NCBI GenBank assembly: GCA_031431395.1
Contig: JANPDJ010000026.1
Location: 1 to 59,639 of the forward strand
Direction: 5' to 3'
From: Chloroflexota bacterium
Lineage (GTDB): Bacteria; Chloroflexota; Limnocylindria; Limnocylindrales; CSP1-4
Length of the DNA stretch: 59,639 nt
The translations under genes were made by a program, and so were the position numbers. Each line of letters starts with the position of its first letter. Within the stretch, counting starts at the first letter, position 1. Below the pieces are notes generated by a model, which worked only from the letters and a program-made list of their open reading frames with translations, did not search any database and was not told where the DNA came from. This document shows, piece by piece, positions 7,942 through 17,199 of the stretch.

Positions 7942-9189
7942 ATGCCTGACCAGATCCGCGTTCTGATCGTCGACGACATCCCCGAGACCCGGGACCACCT
8001 GACCAAACTGCTCGGCTTCGAGTCCGACATGCTGGTCGTTGGCGCGGCATCCTCCGGGCTGGAGGCGATCGCGCTCGCAACCTCGCTCCTGCCCGATGTG
8101 GTCCTGATGGACATCAACATGCCGGATATGGACGGGATTGCCGCGACGGAGCAGCTCTCATCGACCGTCCCCACGACTGCCGTGGTGATGATGTCGGTCC
8201 AGGGCGAAGCGGACTACCTGCGGCGGTCGATGCTGGCCGGGGCGCGTGAGTTCCTCGTCAAGCCCTTCAGCAGCGACGAACTGTCGTCATCCATTCGCCA
8301 GGTCTGGGCTCGCGAACGCGACAAGGTTTCCCGCCTTGCCCCGCGGGCACCGGTGGCAGCGCCGGCCAGTGGGCCTCGGACGCACCGGCGGGGCCAGATC
8401 GTGGCGTTCTTCAGCCCCAAGGGTGGCGTGGGCCGGACAACGATGGCGGTGAACTCGGCGGTGAGCGCAGTCACCGAGCTCGGCAAGAGGGTCTGCCTGG
8501 TGGACGCGTCGTTCCAGTTCGGCGACGTGGGCGTCATGCTGAACCTCAACCCGAGGAACATGTCCATTGCCGATCTCGTGCCGGAACTGACGGCCGGCGC
8601 GGAGATGGACGCGGTGGATACGTTCGTCGTTACGCACTCCTCCGGCGTGCGGGTCCTGCTCGCGCCGCCGTCACCCGAAATGGCCGAGCTGATTACTGCT
8701 GCCAACATCAAGCAGATCCTCGAGGCCCTGGCTGCGGAACACGACCTCGTCTTCGTGGACTGCGCGCCCGGGATCACCGATGCGAACCTGGCGATCCTCG
8801 ACCTCGCCGACGTGATCCTTGCGATGCTGACGCTGGAGATCACCAGCATCAAGAACATGCGCCTCTTCCTCGAGATCAGCGAACGGCTGGGGTACGAAGA
8901 GGGCAAGGTCAAGCTGGTCCTCAACCGCGCGGACGGCAACCTGGGTATTCGCGTGGCCGATGTCGAACATTCGATCGGGCGCAAGGTGGACTACACGATC
9001 GTCAGCGACGGCCGCAGCGTCGTCTACGCCCTCAATCGCGGCATTCCATTCGTCCTGACCAGCAAGGAGACGCAGGTCTCTCAGGACGTCTTCAGCCTGA
9101 CCCGTGCGGTCGCCGGCGAGCTCGATCTGCCCAGCAGTGAAGAGATCCAAAAGCCTGCTCCCCGCAAGTCACTGTTCGCGTGGCGCTGA
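7942..9189 (+). CDS. cpaE: CpaE/TadZ: receiver domain fused to a MinD/ParA-type ATPase
   Basis: The REC domain is RVLIVDDIPETR...VVLMDINMPDMDG...FLVKPF. The deviant Walker A is FFSPKGGVGRTTMAVN. Confidence 0.85.
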   Translation: MPDQIRVLIVDDIPETRDHLTKLLGFESDMLVVGAASSGLEAIALATSLLPDVVLMDINMPDMDGIAATEQLSSTVPTTAVVMMSVQGEADYLRRSMLAGAREFLVKPFSSDELSSSIRQVWARERDKVSRLAPRAPVAAPASGPRTHRRGQIVAFFSPKGGVGRTTMAVNSAVSAVTELGKRVCLVDASFQFGDVGVMLNLNPRNMSIADLVPELTAGAEMDAVDTFVVTHSSGVRVLLAPPSPEMAELITAANIKQILEALAAEHDLVFVDCAPGITDANLAILDLADVILAMLTLEITSIKNMRLFLEISERLGYEEGKVKLVLNRADGNLGIRVADVEHSIGRKVDYTIVSDGRSVVYALNRGIPFVLTSKETQVSQDVFSLTRAVAGELDLPSSEEIQKPAPRKSLFAWR

Positions 9190-9284
9190 CCATGCATGCC
9201 ATCCGGTCGAAGTGCCGGCAATTGCTCACCAGGGTCCAAGGCGGAGCCGTGCGACGCCGTTGGCCCGAGGTAGAGGAGTAACCA

Positions 9285-10703
9285 ATGTCCCTCCTGAAGC
9301 GGATCGAGAGCGCCCGACCCGGCATGGGTCCGGCCGGTGTGCCCGGCACCCCCACACCGGTCACGACGGGAGTCCCGTCCTCACCGGGAGGCGCGCCGCC
9401 CACGCTGACCCAGGCTCAGCGGATGGTCACCCAGGCCCCGGTCCGCGAGTCGTTCCGGGATGTGAAGTTCCGCATCCAGGGCCGCGTCATTTCCGACCTG
9501 GACCCCAAGCTCGACCTGTCCAACCAGGTCGAGGTTCGCCGCCAGATCGAGGAGATCTTCGGCAAGGTCGTCGACGAAGAAGGCCTGGCCCTCACGCGCG
9601 CCGAGCGCGTGCGTATGCTCGAGCAGATCACCGACGAGATCATCGGCCTTGGTCCGCTTGAGCCGCTCCTCCGCGACGAGAGCGTCACGGAAATCATGGT
9701 CAACGGCCCGCGCCAGGTCTTCATCGAGCGCAGCGGCAAGATCGAGCTCACGAATGTCGTGTTCCAGAACGACGACCACGTGATGCGGATCATCGACCGG
9801 ATCATCGCCCCCATCGGCCGGCGGATCGACGAATCCAGCCCCATGGTTGACGCCCGGCTCACGGACGGGTCGCGGGTGAACGCGATCATTCCCCCGCTGT
9901 CGCTCATCGGGCCGGTGATCACGATCCGGAAGTTCTCCGCATCGCCCTTCACGGTGGACGACCTCGTCCGCTTCGGCACTGCGACGCCCGAGATGTTCGA
10001 CTTCCTGAGGGCCTGCGTGGAAGCGCGGCTGAACGTCTTCGTGTCGGGCGGCACGGGCTCCGGCAAGACCACCACGCTGAACGTGCTGTCCTCGTTCATC
10101 CCCACGGACGAACGGATCGTGACGATCGAGGACGCCGCTGAACTCCAGCTGCGCCAGGAACACGTGGTCACGCTGGAGAGCCGCCCGCCCAACATCGAGG
10201 GCAAGGGCGCGATCCCCATCCGCGAACTGGTCCGCAATGCCCTGCGCATGCGCCCCGATCGCATCATCGTCGGCGAGTGCCGGTCCGGCGAAGCCCTGGA
10301 CATGCTCCAGGCCATGAACACGGGCCACGATGGCTCCATGTCCACCGGCCACGCGAACAGCCCGCGCGACATGCTCGCCCGTCTCGAGACGATGGTCCTC
10401 ATGGCCGGCGTGGACCTGCCGCTGCGGGCCATCCGCGAGCAGGTGTCGTCCGCCGTGGACGTGATCGTCCAACAGAGCCGCCTCAAGGATGGCACCCGCC
10501 GGATCGTCGCCATCACGGAGGTCCAGGGCATGGAGGGCGACACCATTGTGATGCAGGACGTCTTCTCGTTCGAGCAGACGGGCTACGTCGACGGAATCAT
10601 CCAGGGCCGCCTCAAGCCAACCGGCATCCGGCCCAAGTTTGTCGAGAAGTTCGAGGCGATGGGAATCCGTCTGCCCCCGGGCCTGTTCGGCTTCAGCTAC
10701 TAG
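9285..10703 (+). CDS. cpaF: CpaF/TadA secretion ATPase
   Basis: Walker A VSGGTGSGKTTTLN, Walker B RIIVGECRSGEA, His box GHDGSMSTGHAN. GAGGAG lies upstream of the ATG. Confidence 0.92.
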   Translation: MSLLKRIESARPGMGPAGVPGTPTPVTTGVPSSPGGAPPTLTQAQRMVTQAPVRESFRDVKFRIQGRVISDLDPKLDLSNQVEVRRQIEEIFGKVVDEEGLALTRAERVRMLEQITDEIIGLGPLEPLLRDESVTEIMVNGPRQVFIERSGKIELTNVVFQNDDHVMRIIDRIIAPIGRRIDESSPMVDARLTDGSRVNAIIPPLSLIGPVITIRKFSASPFTVDDLVRFGTATPEMFDFLRACVEARLNVFVSGGTGSGKTTTLNVLSSFIPTDERIVTIEDAAELQLRQEHVVTLESRPPNIEGKGAIPIRELVRNALRMRPDRIIVGECRSGEALDMLQAMNTGHDGSMSTGHANSPRDMLARLETMVLMAGVDLPLRAIREQVSSAVDVIVQQSRLKDGTRRIVAITEVQGMEGDTIVMQDVFSFEQTGYVDGIIQGRLKPTGIRPKFVEKFEAMGIRLPPGLFGFSY

Positions 10704-10724
10704 TCAGGAGAGGAAACGCCCGAC

Positions 10725-11735
10725 ATGGAACCCACAACGCTCGTCATCGCAGGGGTGGCAGCGCTGGCGATTCTCCTGATCGCCTTCGGCGCGGCAAGCT
10801 CCGGCGGCGGCGCCGGCATCAATGCCCGCCTGGAGCGGTACGCCTCCAGCAAGGACGACGTCACCCGCCCGGCCTCACAGCAGAACCTTGGCGAGCTGAT
10901 CTCCGGGAGCGAGGCGATCAGCACCTTCAACAAGGCGATGGAGCAGCGGGACTTCGGCGCCAACCTTGCCCGCGATATCGCTCGCGCCGACCTTCGCCTC
11001 AAGGTCAGCGAATACCTGATGATCTGGGCCGGGTCCACGGTTGCCGTGCCCCTCATCTTCCTGCTGCTGGGCTTTGTCCTGCCTGCCCTCGGTAGCCCGA
11101 TCGCGCTGCTGTTCGGGCTCTTCGTCGGTTTCATCCTCCCAGGCAAGTGGCTCGGCCGGCGCAAGGGCAGCCGCCACAACGCGTTCAACAAGCAGCTTCC
11201 GGACACGATCATGCTGATCGCGAACGCGTTGCGGGCCGGCTCATCCTTCCTCCAGGCCATCGAGCTGGTCGTGCGCGAGGCGCGCCCACCGATCTCCACC
11301 GAGTTCAGCCGGGTGATCCGCGAGGTCAACCTGGGTCTCCCGTTCGAGACCGCGCTCGAGAACATGGTTCGTCGTGTCCGCTCCGACGACCTGGAGCTGA
11401 TGGCCACAGCCATCAGCATCCAGCACACGGTCGGCGGGAACCTGGCCGAGATTCTCGACTCCATCGCGTTCACGATCCGCGAGCGGATCCGGATCAAGGG
11501 CGAGATCCGGACGCTGACGGCGCAGCAACGCCTGTCGGGCTACGTGGTGGGCTTCCTGCCCATCAGCCTCGCCGGGTTCCTCTTCGTCGCCGCTCCGGGC
11601 TTCATGGAGCCCATGTTCGCCAACCCACCTGCCGTCCTGGGTCTTCCGGCCGGCGTCGTCGGCCTGTGCTTCGGCGGCTTCATGATGTTCATTGGCTTCA
11701 TGTTGATCCGCAAGATCGTGGACATCGAGGTCTAG
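10725..11735 (+). CDS. tadB: TadB (type II secretion system F-family inner membrane protein)
   Basis: An N-terminal TM helix, a cytoplasmic T2SSF-like domain (LPDTIMLIANALRAGSSFLQAIE) and C-terminal TM helices. It sits directly after cpaF. Confidence 0.85.
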   Translation: MEPTTLVIAGVAALAILLIAFGAASSGGGAGINARLERYASSKDDVTRPASQQNLGELISGSEAISTFNKAMEQRDFGANLARDIARADLRLKVSEYLMIWAGSTVAVPLIFLLLGFVLPALGSPIALLFGLFVGFILPGKWLGRRKGSRHNAFNKQLPDTIMLIANALRAGSSFLQAIELVVREARPPISTEFSRVIREVNLGLPFETALENMVRRVRSDDLELMATAISIQHTVGGNLAEILDSIAFTIRERIRIKGEIRTLTAQQRLSGYVVGFLPISLAGFLFVAAPGFMEPMFANPPAVLGLPAGVVGLCFGGFMMFIGFMLIRKIVDIEV

Positions 11736-12665
11736 TTGATGGCTCTACTGCCGATCCTCGTCGCAGGCGTCGCGGGCGGCGCCATCCTCCTGATCGTCCT
11801 CGGGCTCGCGGGCAACGCGCCCATGGACCCTGTCAGGGCCCGGCTCGTCCAGCTCGGGTCGATGCAGGCCCGAAACCTGGAGGAGCTGGAGCTCCAGCAG
11901 CCGTTCTTCGAGCGCACCATCCGGCCGCTCGCAACGAGGCTGTCGGGCACGGTCAACAAGATCACCTCGGCGTCCTTCGTCGCGACCACCCAGAAACGGC
12001 TGGCCATGGCCGGCAACCCGGCCGAGCTGTCCGTCATGGACTGGCTGGGAATGAAGGCGGTATTCGCGATCATCTTCGCCGGCATCGGTGGCCTGCTCAC
12101 CCTCGTCCTCGGGATGCCGATCGTGATGACTCTGGCCTTTGGCGGCCTCGGCCTCGGGATCGGCTACATCGGCCCCGAATTCTGGCTTGGCAAGCGGGTG
12201 AAGGGCCGGCAGAAGGCCATCCTGCGCATGATCCCGGACTCACTGGACCTGCTCACCATCTCCGTCCGCGCCGGGCTCGGCTTCGATGCCGCGCTGGCCA
12301 AAGTGGTGGAGAAGGTCAAGGGGCCCCTGTCCGACGAGTTCCGTCGGGCCCTGGCCGAGGTGCGCGTGGGCAAGCAGCGCCGCGAGGCCCTGCGGGACAT
12401 CGTTCCCCGAACGGACGTCGCACCGCTCACCAACTTCATCGGGGCGATCATCCAGGCCGAGCAGTTGGGCGTTTCGATCAGCAAGGTGCTACAGGTCCAG
12501 TCGGAGCAGCTTCGCATCGAGCGGCGCCAGCGAGCGGAGGAAATGGCCGCGAAGGCGCCGATCAAGATGCTGTTCCCGCTGGTCGGCTGCATCTTCCCGT
12601 CCCTGTTCATCGTCATCCTGGGTCCGGCGGTCATCCTGATCGTGCAGAACTTCTCGCAGTCGTGA
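11736..12665 (+). CDS. tadC: TadC (type II secretion system F-family inner membrane protein)
   Basis: A paralogue of the preceding gene (IPDSLDLLTISVRAGLGFDAALAKV) with TM helices at both ends. Confidence 0.85.
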   Translation: MMALLPILVAGVAGGAILLIVLGLAGNAPMDPVRARLVQLGSMQARNLEELELQQPFFERTIRPLATRLSGTVNKITSASFVATTQKRLAMAGNPAELSVMDWLGMKAVFAIIFAGIGGLLTLVLGMPIVMTLAFGGLGLGIGYIGPEFWLGKRVKGRQKAILRMIPDSLDLLTISVRAGLGFDAALAKVVEKVKGPLSDEFRRALAEVRVGKQRREALRDIVPRTDVAPLTNFIGAIIQAEQLGVSISKVLQVQSEQLRIERRQRAEEMAAKAPIKMLFPLVGCIFPSLFIVILGPAVILIVQNFSQS

Positions 12666-13048
12666 CGACCGCTGCTCCCGGCAGCGCACACAACGTCACC
12701 CGGAACGCACCGCTGGCGACCTCCCTGGAGGTCGCCACGTCGTTCTGGGCGAAGTTCATGGGGCTGATGGGGCGCGCGACGCTGCCACCGGGGGCCGGTC
12801 TCTGGCTCGGCGGCACCAACAACATCCACATGATGTTCATGCGGTTTCCCATCGATGCCGTGTTCCTGGGCGCCGCCGCCACGGACGGCACGCGGCAGGT
12901 GGTCCAGCTCCGGCGGTCCATGCGGCCCTGGACCGGCGTGGTCTGGTTCGCACGCGGAGCGGAGGGCGTGATCGAATTGCCGGCCGGCGCGATCGATGCG
13001 TCCGGCACGGCCATGAGCGACTCGATCCGGCTCGCCGGCGTCGCGTAG
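12662..13048 (+). CDS. DUF192-like protein
   Basis: The GTG overlaps the tadC stop (GTGA). The segments ATSFWAKFMGLMGR...GLWL...IHMMFMRFPIDAVFL...ELPAG fit the DUF192 pattern. The start is uncertain. This is the C-terminal part of a longer track ORF whose upstream portion overlaps tadB/tadC. Confidence 0.6.
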   Translation: MTTAAPGSAHNVTRNAPLATSLEVATSFWAKFMGLMGRATLPPGAGLWLGGTNNIHMMFMRFPIDAVFLGAAATDGTRQVVQLRRSMRPWTGVVWFARGAEGVIELPAGAIDASGTAMSDSIRLAGVA

Positions 13049-13122
13049 ACCCAAGGATCATCGGTGACCGCCGGATACGTCCCCGATGAGTCGCGGATAC
13101 GTGCCGGTGTTGTGCCGCCCGA

Positions 13123-13128
13123 TACCGT
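13123..13128 (+). promoter_or_regulatory. -10-like TACCGT 6 nt before the comF ATG (leaderless-type)
   Basis: A TAnnnT hexamer sits 6 nt upstream of the ATG at 13135, with no SD. Confidence 0.25.
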
Positions 13129-13134
13129 TCGCCC

Positions 13135-13845
13135 ATGCCAGCTGCTTCATCCGTACAGCCTCGGGGCCCGTTCGGGCGTGCGCGCCGGATCGGAGGACAG
13201 CTCCTGGACCTCGCGCTTCCGGCCCGGTGCCCGGGTTGCGGCAGTGAGGGTGCGCCCATCTGCGCCGGCTGCCGTCCGCAACTCTTCGAGCGGCTCCGGC
13301 GGCCCGGTGGAACCCTCCTCGGCCTCCCGGCCGGGATTCCGGAGCCGCTGATTCAGCTCGAGTGGTGCGCGCCGTTCGAGGGCCTGGTGAGAACGGCCCT
13401 CCACGCCCTCAAGTACGGTGGGGAACGCCGCCTGGCGTGGGTCCTGGGTGAGGCGATTGCGCAGCGGTGGCGATCTGCCGGGTCCGGCGGGAGCGTGCTG
13501 GTGCCGGTGCCGGTCCACCGGGATCGTGCGCGTGAGCGCGGCTACGACCAGGCCGTGATGCTCGCCCGGCCGGCCGGAATCGGGCTGGGGCTGCCGGTGA
13601 CAACCGCGCTGGAGCGGACGCGCGCGACCACCGCACAGTTCCGTCTGGACCGGCGCGACCGGTCGGCGAACGTCGCTCGGGCGTTCGCCGTGCGGCCGGG
13701 CGCGGAAGCCGGCGTCGCGGGCCAATGGGTCGTGCTGGTCGACGACGTGGCCACCACGGGCGCCACGCTGGCCTCGTGCGCACGGTCACTCCTTGAGGCA
13801 GGCGCCATGGCGGTGTCGGCCGTGACCGTCGCGAGGGAGCAGTAG
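13135..13845 (+). CDS. comF: ComF-family phosphoribosyltransferase-domain protein
   Basis: An N-terminal zinc-finger-like CPGCGSEGAPICAGC and the PRTase motif VVLVDDVATTGATL. Confidence 0.8.
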   Translation: MPAASSVQPRGPFGRARRIGGQLLDLALPARCPGCGSEGAPICAGCRPQLFERLRRPGGTLLGLPAGIPEPLIQLEWCAPFEGLVRTALHALKYGGERRLAWVLGEAIAQRWRSAGSGGSVLVPVPVHRDRARERGYDQAVMLARPAGIGLGLPVTTALERTRATTAQFRLDRRDRSANVARAFAVRPGAEAGVAGQWVVLVDDVATTGATLASCARSLLEAGAMAVSAVTVAREQ

Positions 13846-14187
13846 TCGCCGAGGGAAGGAGCGATTCGCGGCCTCATCGGTCCGTGGATGGGCGGCTGTG
13901 CCCAGGGGTCCAGCGCGCTTTCGTCCAGGCGTCCTGCGCGTTCGGGAGGGTTGACCACACGGGGCCCGTGCCATGTGGCCCGCTCGTTGGCGTGGAGGCC
14001 GGCGCTATGATTCGAACGGGCAAGGGCCCATGCGGATGGACGTTTCGAGATCGGCTCGTCCGCCGCAGGCGGTCGGTCGCACGCCCGGGTCAGGGAGCGG
14101 TTCCAGCCACGCCGCCTTCCGATCCGGTGGGCAGACGCCGGTGACCCGAACAGGTTGCCGGTACGGCGACGACACGGGAGGTGACGC

Positions 14188-14778
14188 GTGAGAACGGTCG
14201 TCAAGGGCAAGAACATCGAGATCCCGGAGCGTGTTCGCGAGTACGGCGAACGGAAGCTGAGCCGCATCGAGCGTTTGCTGGACGACCGCAGCGATGCGCT
14301 GCTGGAGTTGTCGGTAGAGCAGCATCGGAGCGTGGATGCCTCGCACATCGCCGAGGTGACGCTGGTCATCGACGGCCAGACGCTGCGCAGCCATGCCGCC
14401 GGGCCGACGCACCAGGCGGCCATCGACATTGTGACGGACAAGGTGGAACGCCGCGCCGTTGACCACCAGCAGAAGCCCCTCAGCGAGCGCGGCCCGGAGG
14501 GCCGCCAGGTTCTGGAGCGCCTGGCCGATGGCACCACGGATGGCGTTGCAGACCGGCGGATCGTCAAGACCAAGCGGTTCGGGATCAAGCCGATGTTCGA
14601 TGAGGACGCCGTCGCGGAGATGGAGGAGCTCGGCCACGCCTTCTATATCTTCGTCAACGCCGAGAACGAGCGGATCAACGTCGTGTACAGGCGAGCCGAT
14701 GGCAATTACGGCGTCATCGAGCCGATGATCGAAGGCCACGCGCCGGCCCGCGCCGCTCGGGGCACACAACGAGCCTGA
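14188..14778 (+). CDS. hpf: Ribosome hibernation promoting factor, long form
   Basis: The N-terminal S30AE domain is VVKGKNIEIPERVREYGERKLSRIERLL. The C-terminal dimerisation domain is KTKRFGIKPMFDEDAVAEMEELGHAFYIFVNAENERINVVYRR. GTG start with GGGAGG upstream. Confidence 0.85.
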   Translation: MRTVVKGKNIEIPERVREYGERKLSRIERLLDDRSDALLELSVEQHRSVDASHIAEVTLVIDGQTLRSHAAGPTHQAAIDIVTDKVERRAVDHQQKPLSERGPEGRQVLERLADGTTDGVADRRIVKTKRFGIKPMFDEDAVAEMEELGHAFYIFVNAENERINVVYRRADGNYGVIEPMIEGHAPARAARGTQRA

Positions 14779-14899
14779 CGATGCGAACGCGGCAGGCGGC
14801 CGAAATCCCCCGGCCCGGTCCACTGCGGCGAGGCAATCGCACGGCTCGCGCCCACGCCCACGTTCACGGGCCCGCACCTGCGAGCCGGCAGGCCGCGGG

Positions 14900-15985
14900 A
14901 TGCTGCGGGGGACGCGGCACCTCCGCGTGTTGAGGAAGCTCGCGGACCGTGCGGGCCGGATAGGCCTGCCACTCGCACTGCCGCTCTGGTTCCTCGCCTG
15001 GTCCGCCAACCGCGTCTACCAGCTGAGCTGGGACGGCTTCGGATGGGACACCACGTTCCTCGGACGCGACTTCCGGATCTATCGCGACGGCGCAGTCGCC
15101 CTCCTCAACGGCGGCAACCCCTGGGCGGCATCGGACCGCTGGAATGGCACGGACTGGCACTTCGCCGCCCTGCCGCCCGCCGCGCAGCTGTTCGTCCCGT
15201 TCGCGCTCATCCCGGAGGGAGCCGGCATGGCCGCGTTCGTGGCGGTCAGCGCCGGGGTGGCGTGGCTCGCCCTCCGTCGACTCGGCCTGCCCTGGTGGTG
15301 GCTGCTGTTCCCGCCGATGACGGAGGGGCTCTTCGCCGCAAACCCGCAGATCGTGCTGTTCGGTCTGCTGATCGTCGGTGGCCCCGCGGCCCGCGCGCTT
15401 GCCACCGCAATGAAGGTCTATGCGATCGTGCCCGTCCTTGCGCGCCGCGAGTGGCGCGCAGTTGCTGCAATCGCCGCATTGCTGGGATTGTCCGTCGTCC
15501 TGGGAGCGGGCCTGTGGGCCACCTGGATCTCGGAGTTCGGTGCCATTGCGACGCGGGTCACGCAGGAATCGCACGGCGGGACCTCTGCGACCCTCCTGCT
15601 GGACCCACGGATCTTCGGGAACGCCCTCCCGCGCGACGGGCTCATCCGGTGGTTGCCGGGGATTCTCCTGTACGCCCTTGTTGCACTGCTCGTGCTGGCG
15701 GCCGCCCTGCGTGACGTGCGCGCCGCCGGCTGGGTTGTCGTGCCCCTGCTCTGGCCGGCTGCGGAGTACCACCTGGCCACAATGGCCATCCCGGCCGCAC
15801 GACGGCTGTCGATTTGGGTGATCGCGATTGCCACGCCGCCCACGTACCTCGTGGGGCTCATCCTGCTCGCCTGGGAGATCTCTGCGGGACGGCGGGCGAT
15901 CACTGACGAGCCACCTCCGGTGGGCCTGATCAGCTGGGTGCGGTCACTGCGGAGACCGGCGACGGGCCCCCAGCGACAGCGGTGA
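14900..15985 (+). CDS. Polytopic membrane protein, DUF2029/GT87-like
   Basis: Multiple TM helices. The N-terminal loop LGRDFRIYRDGAVALLNGGNPW resembles the DUF2029 signature. The family assignment is tentative. Confidence 0.5.
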   Translation: MLRGTRHLRVLRKLADRAGRIGLPLALPLWFLAWSANRVYQLSWDGFGWDTTFLGRDFRIYRDGAVALLNGGNPWAASDRWNGTDWHFAALPPAAQLFVPFALIPEGAGMAAFVAVSAGVAWLALRRLGLPWWWLLFPPMTEGLFAANPQIVLFGLLIVGGPAARALATAMKVYAIVPVLARREWRAVAAIAALLGLSVVLGAGLWATWISEFGAIATRVTQESHGGTSATLLLDPRIFGNALPRDGLIRWLPGILLYALVALLVLAAALRDVRAAGWVVVPLLWPAAEYHLATMAIPAARRLSIWVIAIATPPTYLVGLILLAWEISAGRRAITDEPPPVGLISWVRSLRRPATGPQRQR

Positions 15986-15996
15986 CGCGGTCCGCG

Positions 15997-16002
15997 TAGC
16001 AT
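15997..16002 (+). promoter_or_regulatory. -10-like TAGCAT 6 nt before the nfo ATG (leaderless-type)
   Basis: A TAnnnT hexamer sits 6 nt upstream of the ATG at 16009, with no SD. Confidence 0.3.
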
Positions 16003-16008
16003 CCAGCG

Positions 16009-17088
16009 ATGCCTCCCATCTCCCGTCGCGTCGGCGCTCACCTGCCTCTTGGCGGCGGCATGGTGAAGGCAGCCGACCGGGCGGCAGAGATCGGGGCGGA
16101 CGTGCTGCAGGTGTTCAGCGACAACCCCACGGCGTGGCGCCGTCGATCGTCCGCGCCGGCCGAGCTCGGTGCCTTCAGGCGACGGCTCGAACTCCTCGGA
16201 ATTGGACCCCTTGCGATCCACGCGTCCTACCTGATCAACCTGGCGGGGCCAGACGACGAGTTCCACGAGAAATCCGTGGCGGTGCTCACTCACGAGCTGC
16301 TCACAGCGCAGGCCTACGGCGCGGCCTTCGTGAATGTCCACATCGGTTCGCATCGCGGCACCGGCGCGGTCGAGGGCGCCCGGCGGGCGGCAGTGACGGT
16401 CGCCCGAGCCTTTGAAGCGGCCGGCGACGGCGCGACGGAGCCCATCCTTGCACTCGAGAACTCGGCGGGCGGAGGCTTTGGACTGGGAGCCACATTCGAG
16501 GAGCTGGCCATGGTCCTCGAGGCGGTCGAATCCCTGGGCGTGCCTCGTGACCGCGTCGGCCTCTGCCTGGACACCGCGCACCTCTGGAGTGCCGGGCACG
16601 ACATCTCGAGCCCCGAGCGGCTGGACCTGGTCCTGGACGCGTTCGACTCCCGGATCGGCCTGGCTCGGCTGGCGATGATCCACCTCAACGATTCCCGTTC
16701 GGAGCTGGGCTCCGCAGCGGATCGTCACCAGCACATCGGGGCCGGACAGATCGGCGCGGCCGGCCTGGCGGCCGTCCTCCGCAGCCCACGCCTGTTCCAC
16801 GCCCCCTGCTATCTCGAGACGCCCGGGATGGACGACGGCTACGACGCGATCAACATGGCACGCTGCAGGGACCTCCTGGACGGCCGGGCGCTCACGGACC
16901 TGCCCGAGGAAGCGCTCACGATGCCCGGTAGCCGGTCGCGCACCGCGCCCGCCCGGGAGCCCGGGGACGAGGACGAGGAGGTCCTCGGCCGGGGGCAGCG
17001 CAGGCAGATGGCGAAGGATCAGGCCTCTGCCGCGCGAGGAGCGGGGCCGACCGCAGGGACAGGATCCGGGGACGAATCGCCGCCCTAG
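16009..17088 (+). CDS. nfo: Deoxyribonuclease IV (endonuclease IV) with a roughly 70-aa charged C-terminal tail
   Basis: Endo IV motifs IHASYLINLAG, HIGSH, LENSAGGG, LDTAHLWSAGHD, IHLNDS, DRHQHIGAGQIG. Confidence 0.85.
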   Translation: MPPISRRVGAHLPLGGGMVKAADRAAEIGADVLQVFSDNPTAWRRRSSAPAELGAFRRRLELLGIGPLAIHASYLINLAGPDDEFHEKSVAVLTHELLTAQAYGAAFVNVHIGSHRGTGAVEGARRAAVTVARAFEAAGDGATEPILALENSAGGGFGLGATFEELAMVLEAVESLGVPRDRVGLCLDTAHLWSAGHDISSPERLDLVLDAFDSRIGLARLAMIHLNDSRSELGSAADRHQHIGAGQIGAAGLAAVLRSPRLFHAPCYLETPGMDDGYDAINMARCRDLLDGRALTDLPEEALTMPGSRSRTAPAREPGDEDEEVLGRGQRRQMAKDQASAARGAGPTAGTGSGDESPP

Positions 17089-17199
17089 CAAACCCGGGGA
17101 GCGGCGGGGCAGTCCGGGTGGCCGCGCACACACACGTTGCGGCCCGGAACCTCGTGATTGGGCACCGCGACAGGGGCCGGGCGTGCGGCCCCCAACCCG

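Noticed and set aside
11147-12661. The upstream 500 codons of the 633-aa plus-strand ORF 11147-13048.
   Set aside because: This part overlaps tadB and tadC in another frame and translates to Arg/Pro/Gly-rich sequence. I accept only the last 129 codons or so, after the tadC stop (DUF192-like), as coding.
14008-14035. A tRNA-like T-loop (GTTCGAATC on the minus strand).
   Set aside because: No complementary T-stem, acceptor stem or anticodon arm can be drawn around it.
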